Shown here: positions 19,197 through 28,704 of the stretch, one piece after another
Numbering within the stretch: position 1 is the stretch's first letter
Layout: each line of letters begins with the position of its first letter
Source of the DNA: a virus
Direction: 5' to 3' (one strand)
Virus record (IMG/VR): IMGVR_UViG_3300017917_002237
Coordinates: 4,173-68,172 of that record
Length of the DNA: 64,000 bases
Made by a program: the position numbers and the translations under genes
The notes under the pieces: model-generated
What the model was told of the DNA's origin: nothing
Database searches by the model: none
The model's input: only the letters and a program-made list of their open reading frames with translations

Positions 19197-19522
19197 TAGA
19201 GATCCAGTCCCAATTCTTTCATGTGTTGCTCATTGGTCAAGAATGTTTTGTTGGGGAAACGCTTGGTCATTGCTTCCTTCATCTCCTTGCCATCCTTACC
19301 TTGAGCAATAAACGTGTCTGTTTCCTTGTCAAAGGCGTAGTAGATGTCTCCATGTTTTTCAACGCTGATGATAACTATAGTGTCCTTGATCTTCTTCCTG
19401 ACAAACTCTATATCCTGTTGCATTTCATCATTCTTACGAATGAGATAATTTTGCAAAATTCTAAGGATAAACCATCCCACAAAGGCATATAAAACAAATG
19501 TGCCCCAGTTAAAGTCTTCCAT
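19196..19522 (-). CDS. Hypothetical with N-terminal TM helix
   Basis: Hydrophobic N-terminus; FIAQGK. Confidence 0.6.
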   Translation of the reverse strand: MEDFNWGTFVLYAFVGWFILRILQNYLIRKNDEMQQDIEFVRKKIKDTIVIISVEKHGDIYYAFDKETDTFIAQGKDGKEMKEAMTKRFPNKTFLTNEQHMKELGLDL

Positions 19523-20109
19523 TATCGCTTCTCAATTACACGGTCAGCAAGACCATAATCTACAGATTCCTGTGCCGACATAAAGAAGTCACGCTCCATG
19601 TCTGACAAAAGGTTGCTGTAATTTCTACCCTGGCTATTGTGCTTGACATAGATGTTGGTCAAGGTCTGTTTCATTTTGAGAATTTCTTTAACCTGAATTT
19701 CCATGTCAGTGGCCTGCCCACCGGCTCCACCTGAGGGTTGATGGATCATGTGGCGAGCATTAGGCAGGATAAAACGCTTGCCTGCGGCGCCTGCTTGTGC
19801 TAATAGACTGCCCATAGAACAGGCCTGCCCGATAACGTAAGTGCTGACGTCAGGGCGAATAAACTGCATGGTATCGTAAATAGCCATGCCGGCTGTAACG
19901 CTGCCGCCAGGACTGTTAATAAACATGGTGATGTCTGCATCCGGATTCTCACTTTCCAAGAACAGCAATTGGCCTACAATAAGGTTAGCCATGGTATCAT
20001 GCACTTCCCCCTCCAGAAGGATAATGCGGTCACGCATCAGCCTACTGTAAAGATCCATGGCACGTTCACCGTTACCAGTACGTTCAAGAACCATTGGTAC
20101 TAGACTCAT
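19522..20109 (-). CDS. clpP: ATP-dependent Clp protease proteolytic subunit
   Basis: [34 protein letters not shown]. Confidence 0.97.
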   Translation of the reverse strand: MSLVPMVLERTGNGERAMDLYSRLMRDRIILLEGEVHDTMANLIVGQLLFLESENPDADITMFINSPGGSVTAGMAIYDTMQFIRPDVSTYVIGQACSMGSLLAQAGAAGKRFILPNARHMIHQPSGGAGGQATDMEIQVKEILKMKQTLTNIYVKHNSQGRNYSNLLSDMERDFFMSAQESVDYGLADRVIEKR

Positions 20110-20152
20110 AAATTTCCTTAAAATTTTATTGTATTGGTTTTTTAATATTTTG

Positions 20153-20371
20153 TCAAATGCCGCGCCATTGTTTTTCTGTCACACATAGAGTCAGAATTTT
20201 GTTATTGTCAAAACCTTCTAGTTTGCCAGCATAGCGAAGAATTTGATTCTGATCATATTTGCATTGTTGTTCCATGGAACCGGTCATTGGCACCGCCACT
20301 TTGTCCAGATATGTATTACCATATGGACTGCCGGTGAACAAAAAAATTACAAGGAACCAGGTTGTGGACAT
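20153..20371 (-). CDS. Hypothetical small exported protein
   Basis: Hydrophobic N-terminus, two Cys. Confidence 0.5.
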   Translation of the reverse strand: MSTTWFLVIFLFTGSPYGNTYLDKVAVPMTGSMEQQCKYDQNQILRYAGKLEGFDNNKILTLCVTEKQWRGI

Positions 20372-20527
20372 TCTTCAGTATCAGTTTGTCGTTCTCGTTC
20401 GGCTTCGGATGGCTTCAGATTAAAGCTCTGGAAGTAGGGATCTTCCTGAGTTAGTATCTGACTATAGGCGTCAGTTTCTGTTATTTGCTTTTCGCTTCGC
20501 GTCTTTAGCCAGATTTTTAACATGATT

Positions 20528-20776
20528 CTATTCCTTGTTTAGTCTAAATTTTGCCAACACTTCATTGGCTTCGGTGTAATAGGCAGATTCGTCTTCTTCT
20601 ACTATCGCCAGCGCCAACAGTTGTAGCAGTCCATTGGCCATGTCTTGATCTTGATCGTCTAAACAATCAAACCAATTGAAATAATCTTTCTTGCTCTGGA
20701 AGCTCCAGATGACATCTAGCATGTCACATTGCTCTTTGGTTAACCCTTGAATCTGAATCATGTTAGGCTCCGTCAT
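20528..20776 (-). CDS. Hypothetical phage protein
   Basis: Coding-like acidic ORF in minus-strand run. Confidence 0.6.
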   Translation of the reverse strand: MTEPNMIQIQGLTKEQCDMLDVIWSFQSKKDYFNWFDCLDDQDQDMANGLLQLLALAIVEEDESAYYTEANEVLAKFRLNKE

Positions 20777-20803
20777 GCATACTTAGCCAAAATTGTCTTA
20801 ATC

Positions 20804-21007
20804 TTAAGAATTGACTGTGGCGTAGGGACTGAACTCGTCCTTGAGGCTAAACGTATCAGGCTTGGCCTTAGCGCCATCAACATTCTGCATGATCCAGTCT
20901 TCTACAATTGCAATTTGACAGCCCAGGGTACGAGCAATTTGCCTTGCACCCATGCCTTCAATATACAGTTGTTCGATTTCGTATTCTAGATCAGTGGTCT
21001 CGCTCAT
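20804..21007 (-). CDS. Hypothetical, possible HTH
   Basis: EGMGARQIARTLGC; ends SPYATVNS. Confidence 0.55.
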   Translation of the reverse strand: MSETTDLEYEIEQLYIEGMGARQIARTLGCQIAIVEDWIMQNVDGAKAKPDTFSLKDEFSPYATVNS

Positions 21008-21393
21008 GCTTCTTCCTTTTCTTTACAAAACTCAGCAAACTCACTCCAGGAGCCACTGAAGATAAATTTCCCATAGCCTCGAACCTGCACTAGGGACTCG
21101 AAGATATGATACTCATAGTCCTGACCACAGTCGCCTGCGGTAACGGGGTAGAGATAAAAACTACCAGCACCCACTTTAAAATGTGCCACCAGTTGCGCGG
21201 CAAGGCATCCCATGCCATTGGCAGTCTTACGAGTTTCGCCCACACGAATACCATTGGTGATTGCTTCAAACTCGCCAAGAAACCCGGCTAGATCTGCACC
21301 GTGCCCAGAGGGATAACCATCCCATTGGGCATACATATTCATGATAGGTTCGTTATCGTTGTCGTAGACAAAGGTCAGCGAACGGGTTCCCAT
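21004..21393 (-). CDS. Conserved phage protein (MGTRS..DGYP family)
   Basis: MGTRSLT, WDGYPSGHG, NGMGCLAAQLVAHFK. Confidence 0.7.
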   Translation of the reverse strand: MGTRSLTFVYDNDNEPIMNMYAQWDGYPSGHGADLAGFLGEFEAITNGIRVGETRKTANGMGCLAAQLVAHFKVGAGSFYLYPVTAGDCGQDYEYHIFESLVQVRGYGKFIFSGSWSEFAEFCKEKEEA

Positions 21394-21405
21394 AGTGTGC
21401 TCCTA

Positions 21406-21579
21406 TTACTTCTGCTTGCGAGGACGACCACGACCACGCTTGGGTTGATCAACTTCAGGTGCAGTCTGATTGAGTTCAGCCAGGCGACCAGAATATGCAC
21501 CTGCACCAGCGCGGTGGATTAGACCGGTCTTGGTAAAGGTAACAGTACCGCCTTTATGAGTTACAAAAGACTTTTCCAT
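21406..21579 (-). CDS. Small protein with AT-hook
   Basis: C-terminal PKRGRGRPRK. Confidence 0.6.
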   Translation of the reverse strand: MEKSFVTHKGGTVTFTKTGLIHRAGAGAYSGRLAELNQTAPEVDQPKRGRGRPRKQK

Positions 21580-21580
21580 A

Positions 21581-21844
21581 TTAATTACTCCAGTAGGTTT
21601 CAGAACGGGGACTAGCAAAATAAGGGGTATCGTAACGCTCTTTGAACTCTACGCCTGTCAGGGCATTACGACGAGTAACAAAAGTTTCGTGAATCTCGTA
21701 GCGGAAGCCCTGCGACTTCAGCCAGGTATGCTTCACAGTGTGCTCCAGCATACTCAGGTTATCAGTGTCATAGTCTTGCTTGAGATGCAGACGCTCGCCT
21801 GCCTTTGTACGCTTGTCTGACTTGAAAATTTCAACCGTGTACAT
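21581..21844 (-). CDS. Hypothetical phage protein
   Basis: Ends DTPYFASPRSETYWS; early promoter upstream. Confidence 0.65.
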   Translation of the reverse strand: MYTVEIFKSDKRTKAGERLHLKQDYDTDNLSMLEHTVKHTWLKSQGFRYEIHETFVTRRNALTGVEFKERYDTPYFASPRSETYWSN

Positions 21845-21873
21845 AAATGCACCTAATTTGTTACAGTACCATT

Positions 21874-21912
21874 AGTATAATGGAATTGGTATTTTCGGTC
21901 AATTATTGGGTT
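21874..21912 (-). promoter_or_regulatory. Early promoter family copy
   Basis: CCCAATAA-TTGACC-17-TATACT. Confidence 0.8.
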
Positions 21913-22071
21913 TTAGGCGGAAGTGTCAAAAACCAGGTTTTCGTAAAGATCCAAGAGATCCAGATCCGACAAGTCGTGCAAGCCTTCTTCTGTAACGCTA
22001 AATTCACGAAGCAGAGTTTCGTCGGTCACTGCCCACATAATGCGTTCAATGATAAGTTCACGCAGGTTCAT
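21913..22071 (-). CDS. 52-aa acidic hypothetical (not in ORF track)
   Basis: AGGAG RBS; MNLRELIIERIMWAV... Confidence 0.55.
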   Translation of the reverse strand: MNLRELIIERIMWAVTDETLLREFSVTEEGLHDLSDLDLLDLYENLVFDTSA

Positions 22072-22083
22072 CACAATCTCCTA

Positions 22084-22578
22084 TTAGGAACCAGTAGAAA
22101 GAATCAGTGTGCGAGCGTCATCTTTAGCAGGGGTAAACCGCTCAATAAACACATGATGATCATCACCCGAATCGCGAATGCAAGCATCAGCGGCAACATA
22201 CAGGGCCGCCCAGGTTGAGCCGTTAATACTGCAACTCACAGGCTTACCACCCCAATGGTCCTTGTAGACAACACGATCAGCACCTTCAAAGGGATGACGA
22301 TCCGACATATTATCTACTTCGTAGACACTCCAAATAGACCGCAGTCCCAGTTCTTTTTGGACTTCCTCAAAATGTGAAGACTTGGCGCTAAACGATTTGT
22401 TATCCTGTTCGTAAGCGCCAGCCAAGCCCTTGCGAATTTGGCTAGCACTACGGGCCAGCAGTTTATAGAGTTCGGGATTCAGTACGTCTTCCAGACGATG
22501 CACCACACTGTCAAGATCGCAGAGTGCATTGTGCACGGTCTTGAATTCTTCAGCGGTAAGAGTAGGAGAGCAGTTCAT
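22084..22578 (-). CDS. Hypothetical phage protein
   Basis: GAGG RBS; SGDDHHVFIERF..LSTGS. Confidence 0.65.
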   Translation of the reverse strand: MNCSPTLTAEEFKTVHNALCDLDSVVHRLEDVLNPELYKLLARSASQIRKGLAGAYEQDNKSFSAKSSHFEEVQKELGLRSIWSVYEVDNMSDRHPFEGADRVVYKDHWGGKPVSCSINGSTWAALYVAADACIRDSGDDHHVFIERFTPAKDDARTLILSTGS

Positions 22579-22597
22579 GTTGACCTCGGTGTAAAAA

Positions 22598-22879
22598 TTA
22601 AACCACTTCCAGCATGTTAGCCGGGACACGCCACATCATACCAGATTGGGTACGCACGGTGACGAACTTACGAGCGATCTTGGTCACTGAACCTTGCTCA
22701 CCACGGGGGTTCTTGGAACTAGTCCAACGAACCGTGTCGCCCAGGCTCAGGCTACGTTTGACCTGCTTCTGCAGACAACTGCGAGCGAACTTGATAGCAT
22801 CGATCATGCTGGACAGTTCGGTGTCGGTCCACTGACCAAACATAATAGCGCGGTTAACTTCTTGGATCGTAGTCATCAT
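22598..22879 (-). CDS. Hypothetical, SH3/KOW-like C-terminus
   Basis: LGDTVRW..GSVTKIARKFVTV..WRVPANML. Confidence 0.6.
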   Translation of the reverse strand: MMTTIQEVNRAIMFGQWTDTELSSMIDAIKFARSCLQKQVKRSLSLGDTVRWTSSKNPRGEQGSVTKIARKFVTVRTQSGMMWRVPANMLEVV

Positions 22880-22902
22880 TGACTCCTTGTTGCAATATCA
22901 GT

Positions 22903-22946
22903 ATTATATGATACCTGGGATTTTCGGTCAATTTATGGGTATTTTT
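22903..22946 (-). promoter_or_regulatory. Early promoter family copy
   Basis: AAAAATACCCATAAA-TTGACC-17-TATAAT. Confidence 0.8.
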
Positions 22947-23217
22947 ACAGGGTAGTCAAAAACTGTTGCATTTCCACAACATTTTTGAACACTTGGCTGC
23001 CGTGTCGGTTAGTACGCACCAACATAAAGTTTCGATTATAAATTTCCACAGTGGCATCCAGGGTGCGAGCACGACCAAAAGTCACGCTCAGATACTTGGT
23101 GCCCTTCTTGCTAACATGAGAACCTGCCAGTACGCCGTAGGGCGCGGTGAAGTTTCTACTGTTAGCCCAGTTATAAACTGCGTCTTGAATTTCTTGGCTG
23201 TTCATTTTTTGTGTCAA
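22945..23217 (-). CDS. Hypothetical phage protein
   Basis: Coding-like ORF in run. Confidence 0.55.
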   Translation of the reverse strand: MTQKMNSQEIQDAVYNWANSRNFTAPYGVLAGSHVSKKGTKYLSVTFGRARTLDATVEIYNRNFMLVRTNRHGSQVFKNVVEMQQFLTTL

Positions 23218-23739
23218 TTAACGCCGAAGTGCGTTTGGGTTCACAAATTTACAATCTCCCGTAGTCATCGTCGTTCGCATATAGTTAGGGCCGGCGGGCG
23301 GATTCTTAGATTGTAAAATCGAAACTTTGTCACCTTTAGTAGTTTTCATAAATGTTGTAATTTCCGACATTGTTGGATATACAGTAAGGACGACAATTTC
23401 TTCGGCACTTTTTCGTAGGAGATAAAGTTTGGCTCCATCTTCGATGGCAGAGAATGTTTCTTTCCTTGGATTGTTATAGATAATAATATCTAATGTTCCG
23501 TCATCTTGCTGAACTAAGAAAATTGTTCCATTTTTATAACCATCATCCACCCAATCTGCTGGTTTTATAGATTTCCCCAGTACTTGCTCTGCCGCTTTTT
23601 CTTTTAGGGTTTTATCATCCTTGGGAATATTTGGATAAAAAGAATATCCGTTAGTTTCTCCACATTGAGCAATAGGGGTTACTCCGGCAGATGCGATTCC
23701 GGATAAAAACATTAACGAAAGGATTAGTGATTTTTTCAT
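23218..23739 (-). CDS. Secreted hypothetical protein (AT-rich)
   Basis: Signal peptide MKKSLILSLMFLSGIASA; Cys near both ends. Confidence 0.6.
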   Translation of the reverse strand: MKKSLILSLMFLSGIASAGVTPIAQCGETNGYSFYPNIPKDDKTLKEKAAEQVLGKSIKPADWVDDGYKNGTIFLVQQDDGTLDIIIYNNPRKETFSAIEDGAKLYLLRKSAEEIVVLTVYPTMSEITTFMKTTKGDKVSILQSKNPPAGPNYMRTTMTTGDCKFVNPNALRR

Positions 23740-23744
23740 ATTAA

Positions 23745-24080
23745 TTACCACTGATGATAGATAACCATGTGATCCACGCCGGGCACCGTGCCTACGGGAC
23801 GATAAATCTGCTGTTCTCCATCCCACTGGTCCTGGTCAAACAGGACATCGTGTTCGCTGACTACAGTAAAGCGAACTTCCTTGCCAGTGTGATGGCTCTT
23901 GACAAAAAACTCACGGGGCATGCCAAAGAATTCACTAGCCAACTTCAGGACTCGGCGAGTCTTGTCGTACTCACAGAGCTTGAGTGAAACGGTAGGGATC
24001 TTGGGTTCGTCTTCCAGGGCAGGAAGCGGATAATGTTGGGCTTCCCACTCGGGCGATACTTTGCGAAACATGCTGTTCAT
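23745..24080 (-). CDS. Hypothetical phage protein
   Basis: Directly downstream of early promoter; VKSHHTGKEVRF. Confidence 0.65.
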   Translation of the reverse strand: MNSMFRKVSPEWEAQHYPLPALEDEPKIPTVSLKLCEYDKTRRVLKLASEFFGMPREFFVKSHHTGKEVRFTVVSEHDVLFDQDQWDGEQQIYRPVGTVPGVDHMVIYHQW

Positions 24081-24106
24081 GATTCCGTCCTATTTACGAT
24101 ACTGCT

Positions 24107-24149
24107 AGTATAGCAGAATCGGTATTTTCGGTCAATTATTGGGTATTTT
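24107..24149 (-). promoter_or_regulatory. Early promoter family copy
   Basis: AAAAATACCCAATAA-TTGACC-17-TATACT. Confidence 0.8.
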
Positions 24150-24345
24150 ATCTAGAAACCCACTTTTCCCCGTGGGTCAGGTACCAAACAAGTGCATCCT
24201 CGTCGTGCTGAAAAAATATACACCAGGTCATGGGTTCGTCATCCTGCCAACGAAAATCAAAATCCCTAATGGGCTCAAGTCCCATGCGCTCACATTCGCG
24301 TTCGATGGTGCGGAGATTCCAGCTGTCTAGTAGATACTGAATCAT
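24148..24345 (-). CDS. FKLRW-motif family small protein (divergent)
   Basis: FFQHDEDALVWYLTHG. Confidence 0.5.
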   Translation of the reverse strand: MIQYLLDSWNLRTIERECERMGLEPIRDFDFRWQDDEPMTWCIFFQHDEDALVWYLTHGEKWVSR

Positions 24346-24356
24346 CCAGTATTTAC

Positions 24357-24575
24357 CTAGCCATGTTGTAGTTTGAACAACATCCCTCGATGCTCGTTGT
24401 AAAAGGTGAAAACAGTAAACCGCTTCTGATCGTCCCCGCCAAAATAGTCCCACTTGGGTGGGTTGTAGGCAAAGTCAAAGTCTATACCTTGTACAAGGCC
24501 TTCACTTCTAAGATTGGTTACTATAAACAAAACTTCAGAGATGACTATATCATGTAGGATTACATCTATAGCCAT
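24357..24575 (-). CDS. FKLRW-motif family small protein
   Basis: FTFYNEHRGMLFKLQHG. Confidence 0.6.
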   Translation of the reverse strand: MAIDVILHDIVISEVLFIVTNLRSEGLVQGIDFDFAYNPPKWDYFGGDDQKRFTVFTFYNEHRGMLFKLQHG

Positions 24576-24576
24576 C

Positions 24577-24924
24577 TTATCCCCAGGTTAGCTTGAGTAT
24601 GACATAGAATTCTTCACTGATATCAAACCGGGTTCTGTCTAAGACCCAGTTGTGATCTATATGCTCGTACCAGTCAACGTCTTGATTGGGTTGAAGTCTT
24701 ACCCAGTCTGCAACATCCCTTGTGCATTTAACTGTGTACCAGGTTTTGCCATCAACCATGCTGTGCTGAATGATTTTATGTGAGGGCACAGACAATTCGT
24801 CCATGATGTTCCACATTTGTGCTAGAGTTGATTTGCCTATTTGCCTGCCGCCCATGTAGATTTTCATTTGTGTAAGATCCTGACCTGCCAGTGCTGTTAA
24901 AAAATCTTTTTGCCAATCCTGCAT
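24577..24924 (-). CDS. FKLRW-motif family protein
   Basis: GGRQIGKS-like N-part; FDISEEFYVILKLTWG. Confidence 0.55.
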   Translation of the reverse strand: MQDWQKDFLTALAGQDLTQMKIYMGGRQIGKSTLAQMWNIMDELSVPSHKIIQHSMVDGKTWYTVKCTRDVADWVRLQPNQDVDWYEHIDHNWVLDRTRFDISEEFYVILKLTWG

Positions 24925-24925
24925 A

Positions 24926-25177
24926 TCACTGCCAACGTAGTTTGAACAACATGGCATCTTTGTCATCTTGAAATTTTATTTCCATCCTAGGATTACCATC
25001 ATTATAATTGACCTGATAGGTTGTATTAGGATAGTTATACTTTAGCCATGTTTCTAGTACCTGGAATCCAGGATAGGGAGGATAACTAGGTACCGGTATG
25101 TTGTAGGGGAAACAACTAAAAACTATGCCATCCTCTTCTCGCCATTCGCGGTCAAACAACACTGACCAAGCCATCAC
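24926..25177 (-). CDS. FKLRW-motif family small protein
   Basis: KFQDDKDAMLFKLRWQ. Confidence 0.6.
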   Translation of the reverse strand: MMAWSVLFDREWREEDGIVFSCFPYNIPVPSYPPYPGFQVLETWLKYNYPNTTYQVNYNDGNPRMEIKFQDDKDAMLFKLRWQ

Positions 25178-25932
25178 AGACTACCTATCTGCTTGAATAA
25201 GGTATTGACAACCATGGTGCGTTGATTCAGTGTGCGTTGACCTAGCACAATAACGGCAAATAGCTCGTTATTCTTTTTTACCAACATGGCTACACAACGT
25301 CCGGCAGCATTGGTAAAACCTGTTTTACTCAAGATGATGTTATCGTATACCCACATGGAAGGATTGGTATTTTTAAGATTTACCGTTACAGTTTTTTTCC
25401 CACGTGTAAATTGTGTCTTGTCTTCCTTCTCACTAGCATAGGTAGCTATCATGGGTTGATCTTTGATGGCAAATAAAAACTTGGCAATGTCTGCAATGGT
25501 ACTCTGATTGTCAGCCATCAGGCCCGTGGGCTCTACTACGGTTGTGTTGGTTAATCCTAGGTTTTCAATATATTTTGCAGTGTCTGCTAAAAAGGCATTC
25601 ATGCCACCTGGATGTGCATGAGCTAGACTCTCTGCGGCAAGATTATCACTACTGATCAACATGGCCTTGAATAATTCCCTGCGTGGAATCAGTGCGTTGC
25701 GTGGGAACCTGCCCGTGCTTTTGCCAGTCACCTTGACCAACTCCTCCATGTCCACGCCACTTTTAGCCACAGTGTATGCGGTAAACAGTTTGGTAATGCT
25801 AGCGATGCTACGAACCATGCCCGAATTATACTCATGTTCGTACTGCTCTGTGTTGTAGTTCAAAATGGCATAGGAATTGGCGAATGCCATGCAGGGCAAC
25901 ATCAACACCAGCAGAATAAGTTTTCTTAACAT
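25174..25932 (-). CDS. D-Ala-D-Ala peptidase family S11 (PbpG/DacA-like)
   Basis: Signal peptide; ASITKLFTA (SxxK), SSDN (SxN), SKTGFT (KTG). Confidence 0.9.
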   Translation of the reverse strand: MLRKLILLVLMLPCMAFANSYAILNYNTEQYEHEYNSGMVRSIASITKLFTAYTVAKSGVDMEELVKVTGKSTGRFPRNALIPRRELFKAMLISSDNLAAESLAHAHPGGMNAFLADTAKYIENLGLTNTTVVEPTGLMADNQSTIADIAKFLFAIKDQPMIATYASEKEDKTQFTRGKKTVTVNLKNTNPSMWVYDNIILSKTGFTNAAGRCVAMLVKKNNELFAVIVLGQRTLNQRTMVVNTLFKQIGSL

Positions 25933-25947
25933 TGTATATTTAATCTT

Positions 25948-26121
25948 TTAAGCCCAACGTAGCTTAAACATTAGCGCATGATGTTGATCTGGGATGTCAA
26001 ATACATATTGCCCAGCAAAGGGGCTGGCGCTGGTCACAGTTATATTATATTGCCAATTTTTTTGTTTAAGCCAGTCGCAGGCTGCTACTGCTTTCTTGAC
26101 TCCCGATAACTCAATCCGCAT
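25948..26121 (-). CDS. FKLRW-motif family small protein
   Basis: FDIPDQHHALMFKLRWA. Confidence 0.6.
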   Translation of the reverse strand: MRIELSGVKKAVAACDWLKQKNWQYNITVTSASPFAGQYVFDIPDQHHALMFKLRWA

Positions 26122-26432
26122 TAAACACCGCCCCAACGTAGAGTAAACAGAGCAGCCTCTTCTTTATCTCTAAAGAGGATGCGTGTTCTGTATTCGTCAC
26201 GTAGATAAGTCCATGCTGGATTTACGTCCCCAGGTACTTCCATCAGCTTGGAACCTTCTCGCCAATCAGCCAGCGGTCGTGTAATGCCCCACTGATCAAT
26301 ACACCAATTTTTAAGTTCGTAGAAATTTTCCACATAGTCTGCGCCGTATGCGGGTTCAACAAAATACTTCATGAGCCCATAACCGTTGTGGCGCCTATCT
26401 AGTTTTTTGATTTTAAGTTTACTGTTTGCCAT
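26121..26432 (-). CDS. FKLRW-motif family protein
   Basis: WCIDQWG; LFRDKEEAALFTLRWG. Confidence 0.6.
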   Translation of the reverse strand: MANSKLKIKKLDRRHNGYGLMKYFVEPAYGADYVENFYELKNWCIDQWGITRPLADWREGSKLMEVPGDVNPAWTYLRDEYRTRILFRDKEEAALFTLRWGGV

Positions 26433-26628
26433 ATTTTAAGTTATACATAAACACAAATTCTTCTGCAGATTTGTGTGAAGGGAACAACCAAGTGTTAAAA
26501 CTTTTCCTTGATGCCCCCGATGCATTAATCATTTCTGCTAGTTCATTCTGCTCTCGTTCAGAAGTAAGATCCAACATTTCATCCACACGCAACACACAAT
26601 AGCCTTTAGGCGTTTTCTCTAGTTTCAT
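26419..26628 (-). CDS. FKLRW-motif-like small protein
   Basis: WLFPSHKSAEEFVFMYNLKYG. Confidence 0.5.
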   Translation of the reverse strand: MKLEKTPKGYCVLRVDEMLDLTSEREQNELAEMINASGASRKSFNTWLFPSHKSAEEFVFMYNLKYGKQ

Positions 26629-27073
26629 CTTGTGCCAGTTTAGCTACAAATAGAAAATGCTCGTAGGCTTCCTTTACACTGGGATGACTCATGAGTTTTT
26701 CTGCCTCGTCTTGCATGGCCTTAATACCAGCTTCTACTGCATCAACGATACTGCCGTACTGTAGATAAAACATTTCATCGCCCAGAGTCTTCTGCATGGC
26801 CTGCCAGGCAGCAGCCTGTTCCTCGGTGAGTTGTCTTTTCTGAGGTCTGGCTTCGCTGGCCTTGTGAATAGCCTCACGAATCTTATCTTCTGCTGCTCTA
26901 CCTGCGGCAATCATAGGCCCATATGCTGGATCAATGTGATACCTAGTGCTTTTGCCACCAGGGTAACACATGACAATGTGAGAACCTTTGGGGAAACTGT
27001 CTAGATAATCACTGTCATATTCACTGACAGGATAATATCTACGTCCTCGTTTCTCGTAGTAAACTTTTTTCAT
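26606..27073 (-). CDS. Hypothetical phage protein
   Basis: YEKRGRRYYPV; PSVKEAYEHF. Confidence 0.65.
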   Translation of the reverse strand: MKKVYYEKRGRRYYPVSEYDSDYLDSFPKGSHIVMCYPGGKSTRYHIDPAYGPMIAAGRAAEDKIREAIHKASEARPQKRQLTEEQAAAWQAMQKTLGDEMFYLQYGSIVDAVEAGIKAMQDEAEKLMSHPSVKEAYEHFLFVAKLAQDETRENA

Positions 27074-27849
27074 TATGATTTATAGTCAGGATATTTTCTA
27101 TCTAGCAGGCGAATGATGGCAGGCCATTCTCTTACGCCCATTTCCACACCGGCGGGGCCTGGTATGTTCTTTCTAAATTCCGGGCTGAAAAAATAATTTG
27201 TTTTTTTAACAGCAGCGTCAGAGGGAATATACAAAGGCGTATTGCAGGCCTGCGCCTTTAATTGCCAACGACACGCTTGCTCTAAGAAAAATAAAGTGTT
27301 AAAGGCCTGAGGAATACCTGTTCCCACCACCAGCAGTCCATGGTTTCTTAAGATAATAGAATCACTGGTTCCCATGCACTCCATAAACATATCTATATCT
27401 TCAAAGCCAATGATATTTCCTGTATACTCAAAATGAGGAATGTTTGCAAAGCGCATCGCCGACTGCGTATATGGTAGCAATCCGCATTCCAGCATAGACA
27501 CGGGTGTTCCAGCAGGAGAGTGTGTGTGAATCAAACAATTAATTTCTGGGCGGCGCTCAACTATAGGCAGATGTTGAAGTAGACCTTTGCCAAAACTAAG
27601 ATCATTATGAGGGTTGAATACTGTTTCCCCTTTAAATGTAACCTTGATAAAATCCGATGCCCTAATTTCTTCATAGGCAACACTGAATGGAGGCACAAGG
27701 ATGTTATTGTCTGGTGTTCTGGCAAATAGATGGTTGTAACCAAACTCCTCAATTTCAAAGTGGTAAAGTGCACGGGCGCAGGCGGCCAAGTTAACTCGTA
27801 TATCCCATTCTTCTTGACTGACCAGCGATTTTACATCTTTGTCTCTCAT
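27073..27849 (-). CDS. Class II aldolase/adducin family protein
   Basis: RVNLAAC, NHLFAR, HTHS, LRNHGLL. Confidence 0.9.
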   Translation of the reverse strand: MRDKDVKSLVSQEEWDIRVNLAACARALYHFEIEEFGYNHLFARTPDNNILVPPFSVAYEEIRASDFIKVTFKGETVFNPHNDLSFGKGLLQHLPIVERRPEINCLIHTHSPAGTPVSMLECGLLPYTQSAMRFANIPHFEYTGNIIGFEDIDMFMECMGTSDSIILRNHGLLVVGTGIPQAFNTLFFLEQACRWQLKAQACNTPLYIPSDAAVKKTNYFFSPEFRKNIPGPAGVEMGVREWPAIIRLLDRKYPDYKS

Positions 27850-27873
27850 AATTATCCTTTCATAGTCGAGTAT

Positions 27874-28116
27874 TTACACGACCTTGCCCAGGATTCCATA
27901 GATTAGCTGATCAAGATCACTTTGATAATCTTTGCCTTGACGACGATTTAGCCAAATGCGTTCCAAGAGCTCGCGCATTTCGTCACCATCAACGCCCTCG
28001 GTATTGTAATCAAAGCCTCGATTTTCAAGTTCTTCAATGAGATCGTCTGTGTCAAATTCTGACAGATCAACTTCTACTTCTGCGGTTACATATCTATATG
28101 GCATGTTATACTCCAA
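27874..28116 (-). CDS. Hypothetical phage protein
   Basis: VDLSEFDTDDLIEELENRG. Confidence 0.65.
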   Translation of the reverse strand: MEYNMPYRYVTAEVEVDLSEFDTDDLIEELENRGFDYNTEGVDGDEMRELLERIWLNRRQGKDYQSDLDQLIYGILGKVV

Positions 28117-28351
28117 AGTGATCTTTAATTTTCTTTTTTAGATCTGTTACTATACCACTGGCAGTGGCAAGATCGTGAGTCGTGTAGACCCATGCATTAT
28201 AATTTGTTGTATCATTCATGATATCAATAACATCTTTCAGGACTAACTCGGCATATTTTTCTAAAGCGTCTTCCCACTTGTCTCGTCTCGCTCCGAGGCC
28301 ATATATTTCAAGTCCAGATTCTCTTTCAAATTTTCTAATTATTTCGTTCAT
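28106..28351 (-). CDS. MNERIKEL-family small protein
   Basis: MNEII..LEKYAELV..IKDHFGV. Confidence 0.65.
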   Translation of the reverse strand: MNEIIRKFERESGLEIYGLGARRDKWEDALEKYAELVLKDVIDIMNDTTNYNAWVYTTHDLATASGIVTDLKKKIKDHFGV

Positions 28352-28704
28352 ACAATTACCCTTCTATCAATAGGATTATAATCACTGTAGATCTTGTGTC
28401 CGTTCCTACGGATAGCATCTACAATGACCTGCGGACTGGTCTTGAACATTTCCAAAATGGTGTCATAGTCAATATCCGCTTCAGCACTAAATGCATAGAT
28501 TTCATAACTACGTTGAGTATTAAATCGTGCCCGCATGATCATCATGCCGATGTTATAAGGAGTCCTGTAGGATTCTCCTTTAAGTCCCGCCATCATGGCG
28601 TCATGATCGCTGTCAGTAATATCAAACAGACTTTCAAGACCATTACAGTCCCACATAGCCAGATATCTGCGATCTGAATTACTTGGTTTTTTCTTTTTCG
28701 GCAT
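28348..28704 (-). CDS. Hypothetical phage protein
   Basis: WDCNGLE, RARFNTQRSYEIY, PQVIVDAIR. Confidence 0.65.
   Translation of the reverse strand: MPKKKKPSNSDRRYLAMWDCNGLESLFDITDSDHDAMMAGLKGESYRTPYNIGMMIMRARFNTQRSYEIYAFSAEADIDYDTILEMFKTSPQVIVDAIRRNGHKIYSDYNPIDRRVIV

Noticed and set aside
24577-24924. Terminase-like Walker A (GGRQIGKS)
   Set aside because: The ORF is too short and lacks the remaining ATPase motifs; at most a relic
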